DNA of 64,000 nucleotides from Parcubacteria group bacterium Athens0714_16 (GTDB taxonomy: Bacteria > Patescibacteriota > Minisyncoccia > Phycocordibacterales > 21-14-all-36-13). The translations under genes and the position numbers were made by a program. The stretch is from positions 47,116 to 111,115 of the forward strand of contig VMGX01000002.1 of NCBI GenBank assembly GCA_007376805.1, given 5' to 3'. Every line of letters starts with the position of its first letter. The stretch's first letter is position 1. Below the pieces are notes generated by a model, which had not been told where the DNA came from, ran no database searches, and was given only the letters and a program-made list of their open reading frames with translations. Positions 35,225 through 45,877 of the stretch are shown piece after piece.

Positions 35225-36979
35225 ATGAAAATAGAAGAAGAAAAATTAAAAGAATTTATTTTAGACTCTGGATTAATTTCTAAAAAAGATCTTGTAGAGG
35301 CTCAGACCGAGGGGGCTAAAAGAAGTATCAGTACAGGCGAAATACTTGTAAACAAGGGTCTTTTAAACGAGGATGATTTAAGGAGAATACATGCTCATAT
35401 TCTTGGAATACCATTTGTGAGTTTAAAAAATAAAAAAATTGATTTTGGAATACTTTCTATGATTCCTGAACCAATCGCCAGAAATCATAACATTGTTGCT
35501 TTCGGCAAGGACGCAAAAAATTTGGAAGTTGCCATGCTTGACGTGGATGATCTTGCAGCGGTTGATTTTGTTGGGAAAAAAGTTGGATTAAAAATTTTAT
35601 CTAGATTAACGGACAGCGAATCAATCAAAAGTGTCTTACTTCAATATCAAAAAACATTAAAAGCGGAATTCGGAGATATTATTAAAAAAGAAGGAGCAGC
35701 AATAAGAAATATAAAAGAAGGGAAAGAAGAAGAAATTTCAGAAAAAGATTTGAAAAAAATGGCAGAGGACTTACCCGTTATAAGAATTGTTGATACGCTT
35801 TTGAAACATGCGGTTTTGCAAAGTGCTTCCGATATTCACATTGAGCCAATGGAAAGAGATCTTTTGGTTAGGTATAGAATAGACGGAATATTGAGAGACG
35901 CAATGATATTACCAAAAAATGCAGCACCGAGTATTTCCGCAAGAATAAAAGTTTTATCTAATTTAAAACTTGATGAAAAAAGATTACCACAGGACGGTAG
36001 ATTTAAAATTGAGATGGAAGGACAAAAGGTTTCTTTGAGAGTTTCGATTTTGCCAATATACTATGGAGAAAAAGTTGTTATGAGGTTATTGAGGGAAGGG
36101 GCTTCTGGTTTTACTCTTGAAGGATTAGGTTTTCACGGAGAAGCTCTTGAGAGAATACATAACGCAACAAAACAAACAACCGGAATGATTTTGACCACAG
36201 GACCAACCGGCTGTGGTAAAACAACAACACTTTATACAATTTTAGATATTTTAAATACTCCGGAAGTTAATATATCAACAATTGAAGATCCCATTGAATA
36301 TCAAATGCCAAGAGTAAATCAAACGCAAGTAAAAGCAGATATTGGGTTTACATTCGGCAACGGACTTCGTTCTCTTGTCAGACAAGACCCGGATATAATA
36401 ATGGTTGGTGAAATAAGAGACACGGAGACAGCATCTCTTGCTGTGAATGCATCCCTAACCGGACACTTAGTTCTATCAACTCTACACACGAACTCTGCCG
36501 CTGGGGCAATGCCGAGATTAATTGATATGAAAATAGAGCCGTTTCTAATTGTTTCAACAATAAAAGTTATTGTTGGACAAAGATTGGTAAGAAAATTAGA
36601 TGCTCAAAAGGAAAAATATCTTTTAACTCCCGCAGAAATGAAATCACTTGGGAAATCGGTTGACTTGGATAGAATATTTAAAATTTTGAAAGAAGAAAAC
36701 ATTATAGATTCTAAAATTTCTAGCTTTGAGGAGATTCCATTTTATCGTCCAAAATCATCAACGGAAAATCCAGAAGGATATAAGAGCAGAATTGGAATTC
36801 ACGAAGTTCTCAAGATGTCTCCCGCTATAAAAGATTTAATAATTGAAAATGCCGACAGTGCAAAAATTGAAGAACAGGCAAAAAAAGAAGGCATGATGAC
36901 CATGATTGAAGATGGAATTTTTAAAGCAGTTCAGGGTACTACCAGTATAGAAGAAATTTTGAGGGTTATTTCGGAGTAG
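35225..36979 (+). CDS. pilB: type II/IV secretion system ATPase (GspE/PilB family)
   Basis: 584 aa. Walker A GPTGCGKTTT, Asp box, Walker B IIMVGEIRD, His box LVLSTLHTN. Confidence 0.9.
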   Translation: MKIEEEKLKEFILDSGLISKKDLVEAQTEGAKRSISTGEILVNKGLLNEDDLRRIHAHILGIPFVSLKNKKIDFGILSMIPEPIARNHNIVAFGKDAKNLEVAMLDVDDLAAVDFVGKKVGLKILSRLTDSESIKSVLLQYQKTLKAEFGDIIKKEGAAIRNIKEGKEEEISEKDLKKMAEDLPVIRIVDTLLKHAVLQSASDIHIEPMERDLLVRYRIDGILRDAMILPKNAAPSISARIKVLSNLKLDEKRLPQDGRFKIEMEGQKVSLRVSILPIYYGEKVVMRLLREGASGFTLEGLGFHGEALERIHNATKQTTGMILTTGPTGCGKTTTLYTILDILNTPEVNISTIEDPIEYQMPRVNQTQVKADIGFTFGNGLRSLVRQDPDIIMVGEIRDTETASLAVNASLTGHLVLSTLHTNSAAGAMPRLIDMKIEPFLIVSTIKVIVGQRLVRKLDAQKEKYLLTPAEMKSLGKSVDLDRIFKILKEENIIDSKISSFEEIPFYRPKSSTENPEGYKSRIGIHEVLKMSPAIKDLIIENADSAKIEEQAKKEGMMTMIEDGIFKAVQGTTSIEEILRVISE

Positions 36980-37095
36980 GGGTATAAAAAAGTTTACCGA
37001 GTGGTTTTTATGGAATTAAAAAGTAATATTAATAAAATTGTTCAATTGTCACATTGTTTCATTGTTAATTTTTTAATTTTTAACTTACTAACGGG

Positions 37096-38310
37096 ATGAA
37101 ATTTAAATTTAAAGCAATAAAAAAAGACGGAGAAATCTTTGAAGATACAACAGAGACAAAAGATAAGTCTTCTTTGTTTTCTTATCTTAGGGATGAAGAA
37201 CTGACATTAATTTCTAGCGAAGAAGTTAAAGAAGGTAGTTCGTTTTTTAATAAAAAAAATCTTAATTTTTTTGGAAAAATAAAAATAGAGGAAAAAATAA
37301 TGTTTGCAAGAAATCTCGGAGCGATGATAAAGGCCGGACTTTCTTTAACAAGAGCAATTTCGGTTATAGGAAGACAAACAAAAAATGTAAAAATGAAGAA
37401 TATTCTTCGAAGCATTGAAAGTGATTTGGGTGGGGGTAATACTCTTGGAAGCGCTCTGTCAAAATTTCCGGAAGTATTCTCACCGCTCTTTGTATCAATG
37501 GTTGGTGCTGGAGAAGAAAGCGGGGATTTGTCTGGTTCTTTGAGAAATATATCCGAACAAATGGAGAGATCAAACAATCTTAGAAAAAAAATAAAAGGAG
37601 CTATGATATACCCATCTATTATTACTGTGGCGATGATAATAATAGGTATTTTGATGTTAATTTTTGTTGTGCCAACGTTAACCTCAACGTTTAAAGAGCT
37701 TGGTGCAGAATTACCGTTCAGTACGCAACTTATCATTACGATAAGTGAACTTTTCAAACAAAATACACTCGTGATGATTTTTGTATTGATTTTAATTTCT
37801 TTTTCTAGTTATAGTTTATCTAGAACTAAAAAAGGAAAACGTTTTTTTGATTTCATTATTCTAAAAATGCCACTAATTAATGGTTTAATAAAAGAAGTAA
37901 ATTCTGCCAGAACGGCCAGTACTCTTTCTACCCTACTTTCTTCTGGGGTTGATGTTGTTAGGTCTTTAGAAATAACAAAAAACGTGGTTCAGAATTCATT
38001 TTATAAAGAAATTATAGATAAGGCCCAAAAATCTATTCAAAAAGGTGCACCCATCTCACAAACTTTTAGGGATAATGAAAATTTTTACCCAGCATTTGTT
38101 GGAGAAATGATTTCTGTTGGTGAAGAAACAGGGCAATTACCAGATTTATTGATGCAAGTGGCAAATTTTTATGAGGATGAAGTGGAAAGAAAAACAAAAA
38201 ATATGTCTACAATAATTGAACCGCTATTGATGGTTTTTGTTGGTGCGGCGTTAGGTTTTTTTGCAATCTCAATGATAACCCCAATGTATTCTTTAACAAA
38301 TAGTATATAA
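37096..38310 (+). CDS. pilC: type IV pilus / T2SS platform protein (PilC/GspF family)
   Basis: 404 aa. Duplicated GspF-type domains and three TM segments. Adjacent to the ATPase. Confidence 0.85.
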   Translation: MKFKFKAIKKDGEIFEDTTETKDKSSLFSYLRDEELTLISSEEVKEGSSFFNKKNLNFFGKIKIEEKIMFARNLGAMIKAGLSLTRAISVIGRQTKNVKMKNILRSIESDLGGGNTLGSALSKFPEVFSPLFVSMVGAGEESGDLSGSLRNISEQMERSNNLRKKIKGAMIYPSIITVAMIIIGILMLIFVVPTLTSTFKELGAELPFSTQLIITISELFKQNTLVMIFVLILISFSSYSLSRTKKGKRFFDFIILKMPLINGLIKEVNSARTASTLSTLLSSGVDVVRSLEITKNVVQNSFYKEIIDKAQKSIQKGAPISQTFRDNENFYPAFVGEMISVGEETGQLPDLLMQVANFYEDEVERKTKNMSTIIEPLLMVFVGAALGFFAISMITPMYSLTNSI

Positions 38311-38452
38311 AATATTTTTTATGCATCCCGTAGTAGAAAATGGCATAAATATAAAATATTAAAAATGAGAAAATCAAAAAATAAAAATTTTATCAATATT
38401 AAAAACAAAAATGACCACGCTCTTTTAGAGCGATGCCATTTTTCACTACAGG

Positions 38453-38914
38453 ATGCAAACTAAAAAAGGATTCTCATTGTTTGAAATGCTTTTATCAATT
38501 GCAATTATTGTTGCGGTTTTGTTTGTTGTTATAAGTTTGTTTTCAAATTATAACAAAAAACAAGTTTTAGATAATTCCTCAGAAAAAATATCTTCATTAT
38601 TAAAAGAGGCTAGAAGTTTGACCATTTCTTCTAAGGGAGATAGTTCATATGGTGTTCATTTTGAACAAGGAGTAGCTGTTCTTTTTAAGGGAACGACATA
38701 TGTTTCTGGAGATTCAAATAATAAAATAAATCAAATAGACCAAAAAGCCTTAATATCATCCATAAATTTAAATGGTAATGGAAACAACGTTGTTTTTCAG
38801 AGACTAACCGGGAAAACAGATCATTACGGAACGATAAAAATATCTTTAGTTTCGAATCCTCTAAATTTTAAAATCGTATCAATTTATCAAACCGGCGTTG
38901 TAGAAAAGAATTAA
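38453..38914 (+). CDS. prepilin-type N-terminal cleavage/methylation domain protein
   Basis: MQTKKG|FSLFEMLLSIAIIVAVLFVV is a classic short leader with G-1 and E+5. Confidence 0.8.
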   Translation: MQTKKGFSLFEMLLSIAIIVAVLFVVISLFSNYNKKQVLDNSSEKISSLLKEARSLTISSKGDSSYGVHFEQGVAVLFKGTTYVSGDSNNKINQIDQKALISSINLNGNGNNVVFQRLTGKTDHYGTIKISLVSNPLNFKIVSIYQTGVVEKN

Positions 38915-39006
38915 CCCTGTTAAATAATTCTAAAGTTTTATAAAAAACTTTAGAATTAAAAATTGTAAATAAAGGATAAAATAAAATTAGTAAGATATAA
39001 AAAGTT

Positions 39007-39528
39007 ATGATGAAAAAATACCCATTTAATAAAAGCCCACAATTTTTATTTAACAGGGCAAGTAAAAAAGGAATTGGACTAGTTGAGATGATAGTTGGGC
39101 TCTCTGTTTTTGTTCTTATTGTTTTGAGTTTTATTATTTCTCTAAATTATTTCATAAAAAACTCTATTTTGGGCACAAAAACAGTTCAGTCATATTTTTT
39201 GGCAGAAGAAGGCATTGAAGCAATAAAATCTATGAGAAATAATAGTTGGACGACAAATATTAATCAACTTATTTCAGGACAAGAATATTATTTTTATTTC
39301 AACGAAAGTAAGTGGGAAAGTACCACTACTCCAAGTAAGATTGATAATTTTTTTACAAGAAAATTCAGTTTGGAAAATATATACAGAGATACAAATGGAG
39401 ATATTTCTTTGGCTGGTGTTTTTGACCCGGGTTCTAAAAAGGTCAACGTGTCAATTTCTTATTCCTTAAAAGAAAATATTGTGACAAAAAATCTTTCTAT
39501 GATTATAACGAATATCTTTGGTAATTAA
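39007..39528 (+). CDS. prepilin-like protein with long leader
   Basis: ...NRASKKG|IGLVEMIVGLSVFVLIV. The leader (22 aa from ATG 39007) is encoded inside a repeat-family inverted repeat. Confidence 0.7.
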   Translation: MMKKYPFNKSPQFLFNRASKKGIGLVEMIVGLSVFVLIVLSFIISLNYFIKNSILGTKTVQSYFLAEEGIEAIKSMRNNSWTTNINQLISGQEYYFYFNESKWESTTTPSKIDNFFTRKFSLENIYRDTNGDISLAGVFDPGSKKVNVSISYSLKENIVTKNLSMIITNIFGN

Positions 39529-39654
39529 CTTTAAAAGCTCTAAATGAGCTTTTAAAGAACCATGTTAATTTTTTATTTTGAAAGATCATTTTAATCCACC
39601 CCATTAGAGATGAAATTATTAACAAAATTTGCAATAAATATTTAATATAAATTT

Positions 39655-40212
39655 ATGAAAGTGAATAAAATATTACCAATTTATCTACGGAAATGTTTAA
39701 AAACATTTCCTATCTCTAACGGGGCGAGTAAAGGAATTTCACTAATAGAAACATTGATATATATGGCTATAACCACGATGGTGTTAATTTTTGTTGTTAA
39801 CATGATGATGTTTACATCCAAAACATTTAATAATTTTAAAACCTCAAGAGATATAAAAAATTCAGCGACCATATCGATGGACAGAATGATAAATGAAATC
39901 AGAAAGGCAAAAAATGCAGACCAGACATTAAGTTTGTTTAATAACCCAAACGGAAAGTTGGCCCTTAATATGGCGAACGGCGACAAAACGACTTTTTTTC
40001 TTGATTCGGGGATTTTAAAAATAGAAAACAATGGGGTAATAGAAGGTAGTTTAAGTTTGTCTAATACTTTTATAGGCAATTTGGTATTTAGAATGATTAA
40101 TAACCAAAAAGGACAAGCCATAAAAATAGAGATGAATATAAAAGACAAAGAGAGTGGTTTTACAAAGTCAGAAAATTTTTATATGACGACGGTTCTTAGT
40201 GGGTCATACTAA
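39655..40212 (+). CDS. prepilin-like protein with long leader
   Basis: ...SNGASKG|ISLIETLIYMAITTMVLIFVV. The 28-aa leader overlaps repeat-family sequence. Confidence 0.7.
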   Translation: MKVNKILPIYLRKCLKTFPISNGASKGISLIETLIYMAITTMVLIFVVNMMMFTSKTFNNFKTSRDIKNSATISMDRMINEIRKAKNADQTLSLFNNPNGKLALNMANGDKTTFFLDSGILKIENNGVIEGSLSLSNTFIGNLVFRMINNQKGQAIKIEMNIKDKESGFTKSENFYMTTVLSGSY

Positions 40213-40255
40213 CTAAAAATCTGAGAGATTTTTAAGAAACATAAATGAACAAAAA

Positions 40256-42028
40256 ATGAAACAAATGAATTATAAAAAAGGACAAGTGATGTTGGGTATA
40301 GTTATTATGTTTGTTGTTATTTCACTATCAGTTGTTTCTGGTGTTGCTTGGAATGTCCAAAAAGAAGTTGCGACAGAATCGAATTTATCTTCCTCTGCCA
40401 AAAGTTATTATTCTGCTGAATCAATTACCGAGGATGTTGTTTATAGAATCAAAAATGGGATTCAGGTATCTCCAACAGAAACAATAAATATTAATGATGC
40501 AATAGGAACGGCAGTTGTTTCAGATAGTTCCGGTATAAAAACAATAAGTAGTTCGGGAGATTCAAGAGGGGCAATAAGGAAAGTTTCTGTTTCTTTGACA
40601 GAAGGAAGCGGAGTGGCTTTTAATTATGGTATCCAAACCGGAGTTGGTGGGTTTGTAATGTCTGGAGGTGCACGAATAAATGGCAACGTGTATTCAAACG
40701 GGGATATTATTGCAACAAATGGAGTTGTAATTACCGGTTCAGCTGTTGCGGCAAATAGTTCGGCAATATCTGCAGACCAAATAAATGATACTCCTTCTAC
40801 TCCACCAAGTTCAATAACATTTGCGAACGTCAGTGCTACACAGGACACAGCACAAAGTTTCCAAGTTTCTTCCACTGGTCAAATTAATAATGTTCAGTTT
40901 TATTTAAAAAGAGTTGGAACATCTCTTCCTGCAAATATTACTGTAAAAATTGTCACTGATAATGCAGGTTCTCCAAGCACAAACATATTGGACACTGCAA
41001 CAATTACTGCTGGGATGGTCACAACAAGTTACGGATGGATTACTGCTACATTTACAGAAAACAGGGAACTCGTTTCTGGTGTTACATACTGGGTAGTTCT
41101 TGATGGTGGGACGAGTAGCAATAAATATTATATTCTTGGTGCGAACAATACATACGTAAATGGTGTGGCTAAAATATATAATGGTTCAAGTTGGGTTGCT
41201 ACCAGTCCATCTGGTTTGGATAGTTATTTTAAATTATACATGGGAGGTCTTAATTCAATTTTGGGTGGCGGGACATATGTTGGGAGTGTTTATATTGGTT
41301 CTGCGGGGGTTGGTGATGCGTGGGCACACACCGTGACTGGTGCGAGTGTTGCCGGGAATCTATATTGTCAGGTTGGTGATGATAATAACAAGGTGTGTAA
41401 TACATCTAAAGGCGATCCTTCACCACAAGGATTTCCTATTTCTGACGCAAACATAGATGTGTGGAAAGAAGAAGCAGAAGCGGGCGGTGTTATAAATGGT
41501 AATTATTCTGTTGGTTGGCAGGGAGCCACTTTGGGGCCTAAAAAAATAACAGGAAACTTAACGGTAACTGGCGGAGGTATATTTACAGTCTCTGGTACAT
41601 TGTGGGTTCAAGGAACAATAAGTCTTTCTGGGGGTGGTTCAATTAAACTGGCGGCATCTTACGGAGCAAAAAGCGGTGTTCTTATTTCGGACAATAGAAT
41701 TACACTTGCTGGTGGTGGGGACGTATCCGGTTCAGGAACAAGTGGAAGTTATATTCTTATTCTAACAACAAGTGATTGTCCAACAAGTTTATCCTGTGGT
41801 GGGAGTAATGCCATTGAGGTTGGTGGCGGAGCTGGAGCAATGATACTTAATGCACAGAAAGGAACAATACATCTTGGTGGTGGAGTTTCACTCAAAGAAG
41901 CTACCGCATATAAAATTACAGCCGACGGAGGTGCTGTTATTACCTATGAATCAGGTCTGGCTAATCCAAATTTTTCGAGTGGCCCGGGAGGAGGTTATAA
42001 CATAAGCGGTTGGGCTGAAGTAGAATGA
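40256..42028 (+). CDS. large pilus-associated / PilX-like protein with Gly-rich beta-helix-like C-terminus
   Basis: 590 aa. N-terminal hydrophobic helix KKGQVMLGIVIMFVVISLSV without E+5. Gly/Ser/Thr-rich repeats. Last gene of the cluster. Confidence 0.5.
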   Translation: MKQMNYKKGQVMLGIVIMFVVISLSVVSGVAWNVQKEVATESNLSSSAKSYYSAESITEDVVYRIKNGIQVSPTETININDAIGTAVVSDSSGIKTISSSGDSRGAIRKVSVSLTEGSGVAFNYGIQTGVGGFVMSGGARINGNVYSNGDIIATNGVVITGSAVAANSSAISADQINDTPSTPPSSITFANVSATQDTAQSFQVSSTGQINNVQFYLKRVGTSLPANITVKIVTDNAGSPSTNILDTATITAGMVTTSYGWITATFTENRELVSGVTYWVVLDGGTSSNKYYILGANNTYVNGVAKIYNGSSWVATSPSGLDSYFKLYMGGLNSILGGGTYVGSVYIGSAGVGDAWAHTVTGASVAGNLYCQVGDDNNKVCNTSKGDPSPQGFPISDANIDVWKEEAEAGGVINGNYSVGWQGATLGPKKITGNLTVTGGGIFTVSGTLWVQGTISLSGGGSIKLAASYGAKSGVLISDNRITLAGGGDVSGSGTSGSYILILTTSDCPTSLSCGGSNAIEVGGGAGAMILNAQKGTIHLGGGVSLKEATAYKITADGGAVITYESGLANPNFSSGPGGGYNISGWAEVE

Positions 42029-42186
42029 CGCAGATTCACCCCGTTAAATAATTTTAAATCGAAAGAAAAATAATATAGGTATGTTTTTAAAAAAAAGAGG
42101 AAAACAAAATCCTATATTAGTAATGAAAAAATTTAAAATTAAAATTTGAGTTCTCTCAAATTTTATTTAACAGGGTAAACGCAGAT
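42029..42186 (+). mobile_element. 158-nt MITE-like element (copy 2)
   Basis: Starts at the base after the stop codon. Same CGCAGAT flanks and CCCCGTTAAATAA / TTATTTAACAGGG terminal inverted repeats as 26751-26907. Confidence 0.65.
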
Positions 42187-42366
42187 GAATGAATGAAAAA
42201 ACAATCTAAATTGCTTTTTCATTCACAATATTTTTCATCCATCCCAGTTAAATATGCTTTGCATTTAACGGGACAGGTAATATCTTTTTAAATCTCCCCA
42301 AAAAGCTTATTTATAGCCATATTTTAAAAAATATAAGAATACTATGCTATAATTAAGATGTAAAAT

Positions 42367-43149
42367 ATGGCTAAAGATTCACAAAATAAAAAAATAGTAG
42401 TTGCAAATTGGAAAATGTCTCCAGAAACAATTGACGAGGCATTTGAAATTTTGAAAAAAGTAAAAGAAACTGCAAAAACTCTCAAAAATACAAAACTTGT
42501 AATTTGCCCCCCATCTTTATACGCAAATGAACTGAAAGAAAGTTTAGGAAAGAGCAAGAAAATTTTATTTGGGGCCCAAAATGTTTTTTATGAAGAAAAA
42601 GGTGCCCATACAGGAGAGATTTCAATAGATATGATAAAAAATTTGGGTATGGGATATGTGATAGTCGGTCATTCGGAAAGACGAATACTTGGGGAAGATG
42701 ATAATATTGTTTCAAAAAAAATAAATTTGGTTTTAAATTCAAAATTGAATGCAATTTTATGTATTGGGGAAAAAGAAAGAAGTGAAGAAGGAGATTTTCT
42801 TTTGTTTATTTCAGAACAAATAAAAAATTCTTTACATGGTGTCGAAAAAAAATATTTAAAAAATTTAATAATCGCATACGAACCAATTTGGGCGATAGGA
42901 AAAACAGCCGAAGACGCCATGGACTCTCGCGGTGTTCATCAAATGCATTTATTTATAAAAAAAGTTTTGAAAGATTTATTTGATGAAAAATCATCTGAAA
43001 AAGTTGCGATAATTTATGGTGGCTCTGTTGAATTAGAAAACACTGAGGAATTGATAGAAAATGGGAACATAAATGGTTTTCTTATTGGTCATGAATCACT
43101 GAACGCTGATAAGTTTTGTAAAATTTTAAAAATTGTTGATAAAAGTTAG
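42367..43149 (+). CDS. tpiA: triosephosphate isomerase
   Basis: VANWKM, VGHSERR and AYEPIWAIG motifs. Confidence 0.95.
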   Translation: MAKDSQNKKIVVANWKMSPETIDEAFEILKKVKETAKTLKNTKLVICPPSLYANELKESLGKSKKILFGAQNVFYEEKGAHTGEISIDMIKNLGMGYVIVGHSERRILGEDDNIVSKKINLVLNSKLNAILCIGEKERSEEGDFLLFISEQIKNSLHGVEKKYLKNLIIAYEPIWAIGKTAEDAMDSRGVHQMHLFIKKVLKDLFDEKSSEKVAIIYGGSVELENTEELIENGNINGFLIGHESLNADKFCKILKIVDKS

Positions 43150-43226
43150 TAAAATCACTAAATCATAAAACAGAAACACTACGGAGGTGTTGCCTCCGTA
43201 GTGTTTTTAAATATAAGTTTCATCTT

Positions 43227-43679
43227 TTATAATTCTTTCTTTATTTTTTCTGCAACCTTGTTTAATTCTTCTGTTGATTTTTGAGGTCCTAATTGTGTTG
43301 AAATGTATCCGATATATTTATCAAAGTAAATTTTATCTTCTGCCCACATTTCTTTAAATTTCTCATCCAATCCGTGGATTGGATATAATTTTATATGGAC
43401 ATGATTGACTCCAAGACCCTCCATAACAATTGCAACTCTTTTTACCACAAGTTTTTTTTCAAGTAGTTTTGCGACTTTTTTTGTAGCAACCATTAGATTC
43501 TTATAGGGATTGTCAGGCATATCTGTTGCATCGCTATCATAATGATCTTTTGTTAGTATCAAGGTCATTCCCTCTGTGTTCGGATTTATATCCAATATCG
43601 CAAGATGTTTCTTGTCTTCCCAAATTTTAACACAAGGAATATCACCTTTTATTATTTTACAAAATATACAATCTTTCAT
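43227..43679 (-). CDS. HIT family protein
   Basis: N-terminal CIFCKII and C-terminal GVNHVHIKLYP histidine-triad-like motif. Confidence 0.7.
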   Translation of the reverse strand: MKDCIFCKIIKGDIPCVKIWEDKKHLAILDINPNTEGMTLILTKDHYDSDATDMPDNPYKNLMVATKKVAKLLEKKLVVKRVAIVMEGLGVNHVHIKLYPIHGLDEKFKEMWAEDKIYFDKYIGYISTQLGPQKSTEELNKVAEKIKKEL

Positions 43680-43760
43680 TGTAGAATATTATATCAATTT
43701 TCTATTTAACAATGAAACAATTGAGCAATTGGACAATGAAACTGTGTTATAATCACGAAT

Positions 43761-45491
43761 ATGAAATATAAAATTTCTGAAAAGTTGGACGAAAAGACAG
43801 AAAAAGAGTTACAAAGTTACCCAGAATTAACTCGCATACTTTTATCGAATAGGGGAATAAAAACCGCGATTGACGCGGAAAGTTTTTTGAATTTAAATTA
43901 TGAAAATAATATACATGATCCATTTTTGATGAAAGATATGAGCAAGGCGGTTAAGAGAATTTTTTTTGCGATTAAAAATAAAGAAAAAATTGTGATTTTT
44001 AGTGATTATGATATGGACGGAATTCCCGGAGCGGTTGCATTACATGATTTTTTCAAAAAAATAGAATACAAAAATTTTATAAATTATATTCCACACAGAA
44101 ACAAAGAGGGGTATGGTTTAAACAAAGACGCAATAAAACAATTTGCAGAAGAAAAGACAAAATTACTTATAACCATTGATTGTGGGATAACAAATGTAAA
44201 AGAAGTTGATTCGGCCAATGAACTCGGTATTGATGTAATAGTTACAGACCACCACTTGCCAAACGGGCATGTTTTAAATGCATGTGCGGTTTTAAATCCA
44301 AAACAAAAAGATGACAAATATCCTTTTGAAAATCTTTGTGGTGCCGGTGTTATTTTTAAAATGATTCAGGCGCTAATAAAAAAGGGGAACGAAGAAAAAT
44401 TATTTGAAATCAAAGAAGGTTGGGAGAAATGGCTTCTCGATATGGTTGGCATGGCTACAATCGCGGATATGGTTCCTCTAATGGGTGAAAACCGGGCACT
44501 CGCTTATTATGGCTTGAAAGTATTGAGAAAATCTCCCAAGGCTGGCCTGGTGAAACTTCTTAAAAAAATTAAAGTTGACCAAGATAAATTAACAGAAGAT
44601 GACATTGGTTTTATGATAGGCCCGAGAATAAATGCAGCATCAAGAATGGATGTTCCCATGGAGGCATTTAAACTTTTAACAACAGATAATGAAGTGGAGG
44701 CGGATTTATTATCGACACACTTAGACAAAATAAATAATGAAAGAAAGGGTGTAGTTGCTTCAATAATTAAAGAGATAAAGAAAACTTATAAGCATCGAGA
44801 AGATAAACCAATAATTGTTATAGGTGACCCAAGGTGGAATCCCGGACTCGTTGGGCTTGCTTGCAATAGTTTGGTTGATGATTACAAAAAGCCCGTATTT
44901 TTGTGGGGCAGGGATGAAAATTCGGTTATAAAGGGCTCTTGCAGATCTGACGGAACGATTGATCTTGTTGAATTAATGTCGGAAATGAAAAATGAAGTTT
45001 TTATTGAATATGGCGGACATTCTTTGTCTGGTGGTTTTTCTGTTCATAATGAAAAAATACATTTTCTCGAAGAGGAATTAATAAAGGCGATTGAAACATT
45101 GAAGCTGAAAAATAATTTGTCTACCATGGCTGTGTCGGCAGGAGAAATTTTTTTGGATGGAGAATTATCTATTGATGATATAAATTTAAATACTTATTCG
45201 CAAATAGAAAAAATGTCTCCATTTGGAGAGGGGAATTCAAAACCACTTTTTATTTTTAACAAAATAAAAATAGACGAAGTTTTAGCTTTTGGAAAAAACA
45301 AAGAACATTTGAAATTAGAATTTAGAAATTCAAAAGGGAATAGAATAGAAGCCATTAGTTTTTTTTCATCAATGGAGGATTATGAGACAAACATAAAAAA
45401 AGATGAAAAAATAAATTTGGTTGCGAATATAGAAAAATCTGACTTTAGAAATTTTCCACAGCTGAGATTGAGAATTGTTGACATTTTTTAG
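43761..45491 (+). CDS. recJ: single-stranded-DNA-specific exonuclease RecJ
   Basis: DHH motifs (FSDYDMDGI, VTDHH) and the DHHA1 region. Confidence 0.9.
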   Translation: MKYKISEKLDEKTEKELQSYPELTRILLSNRGIKTAIDAESFLNLNYENNIHDPFLMKDMSKAVKRIFFAIKNKEKIVIFSDYDMDGIPGAVALHDFFKKIEYKNFINYIPHRNKEGYGLNKDAIKQFAEEKTKLLITIDCGITNVKEVDSANELGIDVIVTDHHLPNGHVLNACAVLNPKQKDDKYPFENLCGAGVIFKMIQALIKKGNEEKLFEIKEGWEKWLLDMVGMATIADMVPLMGENRALAYYGLKVLRKSPKAGLVKLLKKIKVDQDKLTEDDIGFMIGPRINAASRMDVPMEAFKLLTTDNEVEADLLSTHLDKINNERKGVVASIIKEIKKTYKHREDKPIIVIGDPRWNPGLVGLACNSLVDDYKKPVFLWGRDENSVIKGSCRSDGTIDLVELMSEMKNEVFIEYGGHSLSGGFSVHNEKIHFLEEELIKAIETLKLKNNLSTMAVSAGEIFLDGELSIDDINLNTYSQIEKMSPFGEGNSKPLFIFNKIKIDEVLAFGKNKEHLKLEFRNSKGNRIEAISFFSSMEDYETNIKKDEKINLVANIEKSDFRNFPQLRLRIVDIF

Positions 45492-45554
45492 TGTTGGTGG
45501 TATTATTAATTCGAAAATATGTTCATTTTATTCATTTTTTTTGCAGGAGGTTTT

Positions 45555-45815
45555 GTGAAGAAGTTTAAAAAAAGGATTTGTGGGGTTTGTGGAAATACTG
45601 TTTTATCTCATAATGATGGAACGGCGATTACGCACTCAAGAATCGATGGTGCGGGAGTTGTTTATCACGACGACACAACATGTGCAGGGGGTGGCAAGAA
45701 AACTCATCTACGCATGGCAAAATGGGTTTTTATTGCAACATCCATCATCGGCTCGGCTCTGATTGTTGGTGTGAAATACAACCACGACAAAGCAAAAGTT
45801 TTAAAAATAAGCTAA
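45555..45815 (+). CDS. hypothetical Cys-rich membrane-anchored protein
   Basis: GTG start 4 nt after AGGAGG, in frame with ORF 45519-45815. CGVCGN...TCAGGG motif and a C-terminal TM helix. Confidence 0.45.
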   Translation: MKKFKKRICGVCGNTVLSHNDGTAITHSRIDGAGVVYHDDTTCAGGGKKTHLRMAKWVFIATSIIGSALIVGVKYNHDKAKVLKIS

Positions 45816-45877
45816 GAACCTTGGAAGCGGATTAACATCCGCTTTTTATTTTGTTTGTGTAATGTTAAAATTTTCAA

